A stretch of 64,000 bases of DNA from Patescibacteria group bacterium (GTDB lineage: Bacteria; Patescibacteriota; Patescibacteriia; UBA9934; GWF2-40-263), in contig JAHJAM010000025.1 of NCBI GenBank assembly GCA_018814025.1, positions 2,530-66,529 of the forward strand, given 5' to 3'. Below the pieces are notes generated by a model. It saw only the letters and a list, made by a program, of their open reading frames with translations, had not been told where the DNA came from and searched no databases. Below, in pieces: positions 61,254-64,000 of this stretch (positions within the stretch are counted from its first letter, which is position 1; every line of letters begins with the position of its first letter). Made by a program: the position numbers and the translations under genes.

Positions 61254-62378
61254 ATGTTTTTAACCATCATCACTTTCATCTTAGTTCTCGGCCTGCTTGT
61301 GTTTGCACATGAGTTGGGTCATTTTATTTCCGCCAAAAAAATGGGCATGAAGGTGGATGAGTTCGGCTTTGGCTATCCGCCGCGCATCTGGGGCTGGCGG
61401 CATCCCAAGAGCGGTACGATATATTCGATTAACTGGATTCCGGTGGGCGGGTTCGTGCGCATCAAGGGCGAAAGCGGCGAGTTTAAGCATGATCGGGACA
61501 GTTTTTCCGCCAAGGCGGCTTGGCGGCGGTTTATTGTTTTGGTGGCGGGCGTGGTGATGAATATCGTGTTGGCGGCCGGGCTGCTGTCCATCGGTTTTAT
61601 GATCGGCTTGCCCAGTGCCATTGATGAAAACACGCCTCCCAGCGCGATTGTCAAAGAAGAGCAACTGATCATTATGCGAGTCATGGACGGCTCGCCCGCG
61701 GCCGAGGCCAAAGTCACGGCCGGGGACGCTTTAGTTTCCATTGACGGGAAAATTTTTGAGACATCGGAGGCGGCGCGCGAGTATATCGGCGAGCGCGCGG
61801 CAGCGGGCATTGATTTAACTTTGCAAAAAGAAAGCGGCGATTATTATGATGCCCGAATCATGTCGCGATTTATTCCGGAGGCGGACATGGTGGGTATTGG
61901 CGTGGGTATTGTCAAAACCGGCATTGTTTCTTATCCGCCGCACATCGCGGTGGGGCAAGGCATTTCCGCCACTTGGCTGTTGACCGGCGAAATCACCAAA
62001 GCCTTTGGCGGGATCATCCACGGTTTGTTAACTACGGGCCAGGCGGGCGTGGATATTTCCGGACCGGTCGGGATCGCGGTCATGTCCGGTGAGTTTGCCC
62101 AAATGGGGTTTGTTTATTTGTTGCAGTTTATGGCCATCCTTTCCATTAATCTGGCGATTATTAATATTTTACCCTTGCCGGCTTTGGATGGCGGACGCAT
62201 TCTGTTCTTGATTATTGAGAAAATTCGCCGCCGGCCAGTCAGCGAGAAGGTCGAGGGCGTGATTCACACCATCGGTTTTGCCCTGCTCATGCTGATCGTG
62301 GTGGTGGTGACTTACCAAGATTTTGCGCGCTACGGCGGACGCATGTGGGAGGGGATTAAGGGATTGTTTGGAGCATAG
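61254..62378 (+). CDS. rseP: RIP metalloprotease RseP
   Basis: HELGH, PDZ domain, NILPLPALDGG. Confidence 0.95.
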   Translation: MFLTIITFILVLGLLVFAHELGHFISAKKMGMKVDEFGFGYPPRIWGWRHPKSGTIYSINWIPVGGFVRIKGESGEFKHDRDSFSAKAAWRRFIVLVAGVVMNIVLAAGLLSIGFMIGLPSAIDENTPPSAIVKEEQLIIMRVMDGSPAAEAKVTAGDALVSIDGKIFETSEAAREYIGERAAAGIDLTLQKESGDYYDARIMSRFIPEADMVGIGVGIVKTGIVSYPPHIAVGQGISATWLLTGEITKAFGGIIHGLLTTGQAGVDISGPVGIAVMSGEFAQMGFVYLLQFMAILSINLAIINILPLPALDGGRILFLIIEKIRRRPVSEKVEGVIHTIGFALLMLIVVVVTYQDFARYGGRMWEGIKGLFGA

Positions 62379-62387
62379 TTTCCTCGT

Positions 62388-62484
62388 CGTCATTGCGAGG
62401 AATGAGTTATTCATCGAATGACGAAGCAATCTCAAATGACTCGAGATTGCCGCGCGTCGACAAAATACTCCGCTCGCAATGACG
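62388..62484. repeat. palindromic intergenic element GTCATTGCGAG...GCAATC / GATTGC...CTCGCAATGAC
   Basis: Nested inverted repeats in the rseP-pheS spacer. Confidence 0.8.
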
Positions 62485-62506
62485 AATTGATGAATATAAG
62501 AAAATT

Positions 62507-63580
62507 ATGAAAGAAGAATTTGAACAACTTAAAGATCTAGCCCAAGAGGCTTTGAAATCAGTACTCGATCGCGACAAACTCGAGGTTTTAAAGATCGAGT
62601 TCTTAGGGCGCAAAGGCAAGATGGCCGAGCTCATGAAGCAAATCGTGAACGTGGCGGATGAGGAGCGAAAATTGATCGGGGCTTTGGCTAATGAGGTTAA
62701 GACCGGTTTGGAATCAGCGTTTTCCGCCAAAGAACAAGAATTGGCCGGGGCTGAAGAAGCGGGCCGAGCCGAGAAAGAATGGCTTGATATCAGCGAACCG
62801 GGCGCTTGGTCCAAAGAAGGCCATTTGCATCCGGTGACCACGGCCATTGGCGAGATTTCCGATATCTTTGCTCGTTTGGGTTTTGCGTGCGTGCGCGCGC
62901 CCGAAGTGGAATGGGATTATTATGCTTTTGAATCTTTAAACATGCCGCCGGACCATCCGGCGCGGGACGACTGGGAGACTTTTTTTATCGCGGACGGCGC
63001 CCAAACCGCGCAGGGCAAAGGCGAGAAGCAGGGCAAAATGGTTTTGACCCCGCACACTTCCAATTCGCAAAATCGGGAAATGGCCAAAGGCAAGCTGCCG
63101 ATTCGGATGATCAACATTAATCGAACTTATCGCCGGCAGTCGGATGTTTCGCACACGCCCATGTTCCACCAGTTCGAGGGTTTGATGATTGATCAGGGCG
63201 TGACCATCGCGCATTTGAAAGGCGTGCTGGATTATTTTGCGCGCACTTATTTTGGAGCAGAACGCAAAACGCGTTTGCGGCCGCATCATTTCCGTTTTAC
63301 CGAACCCAGTTTTGAAATTGATATTAGCTGTGGTGTTTGCCAAGGCCACGCGAGCTCGGACTCAACTTGCCGTTTGTGCAAAGCCGGTTGGCTGGAGTTG
63401 GGCGGAGCCGGCATGGTGCATCCTAACGTGATTCGCGCCGGCGGCTTGGATCCGGAGAAATACACGGGCTTTGCTTTTGGCTGGGGTATCGAGCGCACGC
63501 TCATGATGCGCGAGGGCATGCAAGTGGATGATATCAGGACGCTGTATCGGAATGATTTAAGATTTGTAAAACAATTTTGA
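62507..63580 (+). CDS. pheS: phenylalanine--tRNA ligase alpha subunit
   Basis: HPARD..ETF, FHQFEG, FRFTEPS, GFAFGWGIER. Confidence 0.97.
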   Translation: MKEEFEQLKDLAQEALKSVLDRDKLEVLKIEFLGRKGKMAELMKQIVNVADEERKLIGALANEVKTGLESAFSAKEQELAGAEEAGRAEKEWLDISEPGAWSKEGHLHPVTTAIGEISDIFARLGFACVRAPEVEWDYYAFESLNMPPDHPARDDWETFFIADGAQTAQGKGEKQGKMVLTPHTSNSQNREMAKGKLPIRMININRTYRRQSDVSHTPMFHQFEGLMIDQGVTIAHLKGVLDYFARTYFGAERKTRLRPHHFRFTEPSFEIDISCGVCQGHASSDSTCRLCKAGWLELGGAGMVHPNVIRAGGLDPEKYTGFAFGWGIERTLMMREGMQVDDIRTLYRNDLRFVKQF

Positions 63581-63586
63581 TAAGAG

Positions 63587-63735
63587 ACCTCCCCCCGGCC
63601 CCCTCCTTCGTAAGGAGGGGGAGAAACGCGAGGGAATAACCTCCCCCCGGCCCCCTCCTTCGTAAGGAGGGGGAGTCCGAGAGGATGCAGTACGTCCTCC
63701 TCCCCCTTACGAAGGGGGAGGTCGGGAGGGGGTCT
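63587..63735. repeat. REP-like GC-rich palindromes (two identical 37-mers plus an inverted variant)
   Basis: ACCTCCCCCCGGCCCCCTCCTTCGTAAGGAGGGGGAG at 63587 and 63639; inverted variant at ~63697-63735. Confidence 0.85.
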
Positions 63736-63746
63736 TGAAAAGTATT

Positions 63747-64000
63747 ATGAATATCCTAGTAAGCTACAACTGGCTCAAAGAATACTTACAGACGAATTTA
63801 TCGGCTGAGGATTTTGCAGCCAAGACCACGAACGCGGGCAACAGTGTTGAGTATATTGAAAACATGGCGCATCGCTTCGACAACATGGTGGTGGGGGAGA
63901 TTACCAACATCAAAGATCACCCGAATGCGGATCGCCTGAAAATTGCGGAAGTGAAAATTGGGACCATGAAAAAAGTGGAGATTGTATGCGGGGGCGTGAA
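63747..64000 (+). CDS. pheT: phenylalanine--tRNA ligase beta subunit (partial)
   Basis: MNILVSYNWLKEY...HPNADRL...IVCGG. Confidence 0.93.
   Translation, partial: MNILVSYNWLKEYLQTNLSAEDFAAKTTNAGNSVEYIENMAHRFDNMVVGEITNIKDHPNADRLKIAEVKIGTMKKVEIVCGGV

Noticed and set aside
63328-63380. CxxC...CxxC insert in PheS
   Set aside because: This is a common variant in bacterial PheS
63587-63675. CRISPR array from identical 37-mers
   Set aside because: Two copies with a 15-nt spacer plus an inverted variant fit a REP-like element better

Overview
The window looks like a chromosomal segment of a Patescibacteria (CPR) genome, probably Parcubacteria/Uhrbacteria-like. That placement is inferred from gene content, AT-rich leaders without Shine-Dalgarno (SD) sites, and CPR-typical hypothetical proteins; the genetic code is 11. 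Housekeeping genes are tyrS, argS, serS, pheS, partial pheT, nusA, yidC, groES-groEL with a CIRCE site, frameshifted prfB, tsaC, rsmA, recG, radA, htpX, lemA, rseP and a phosphomannomutase. Five tRNAs are present: Val-TAC, Leu-GAG, Ser-GCT, Ser-TGA and an unusual Arg-GCG. Surface and host-interaction genes include a 3158-aa Cys-rich giant protein, a VirB6/PrgI/VirB4 T4SS-like cluster with ComF, two pilin-peptidase fusions and DsbA. The most notable unexplained items are: (1) a ~370-nt highly structured RNA or leader beside a REP-flanked RAYT transposase, with a second structured leader before an M23 lipoprotein; (2) an archaeal-type RaSEA (TIGR01210-like) radical SAM gene paired head-to-head with a GNAT; (3) a 93-bp multi-hairpin element duplicated behind two tRNA-Ser genes; (4) two separately transcribed small winged-helix-like genes between tRNAs; (5) an in-frame TAA splitting a pilin-VanY fusion. 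All calls come from reading the sequence by eye; no searches or folding programs were run.
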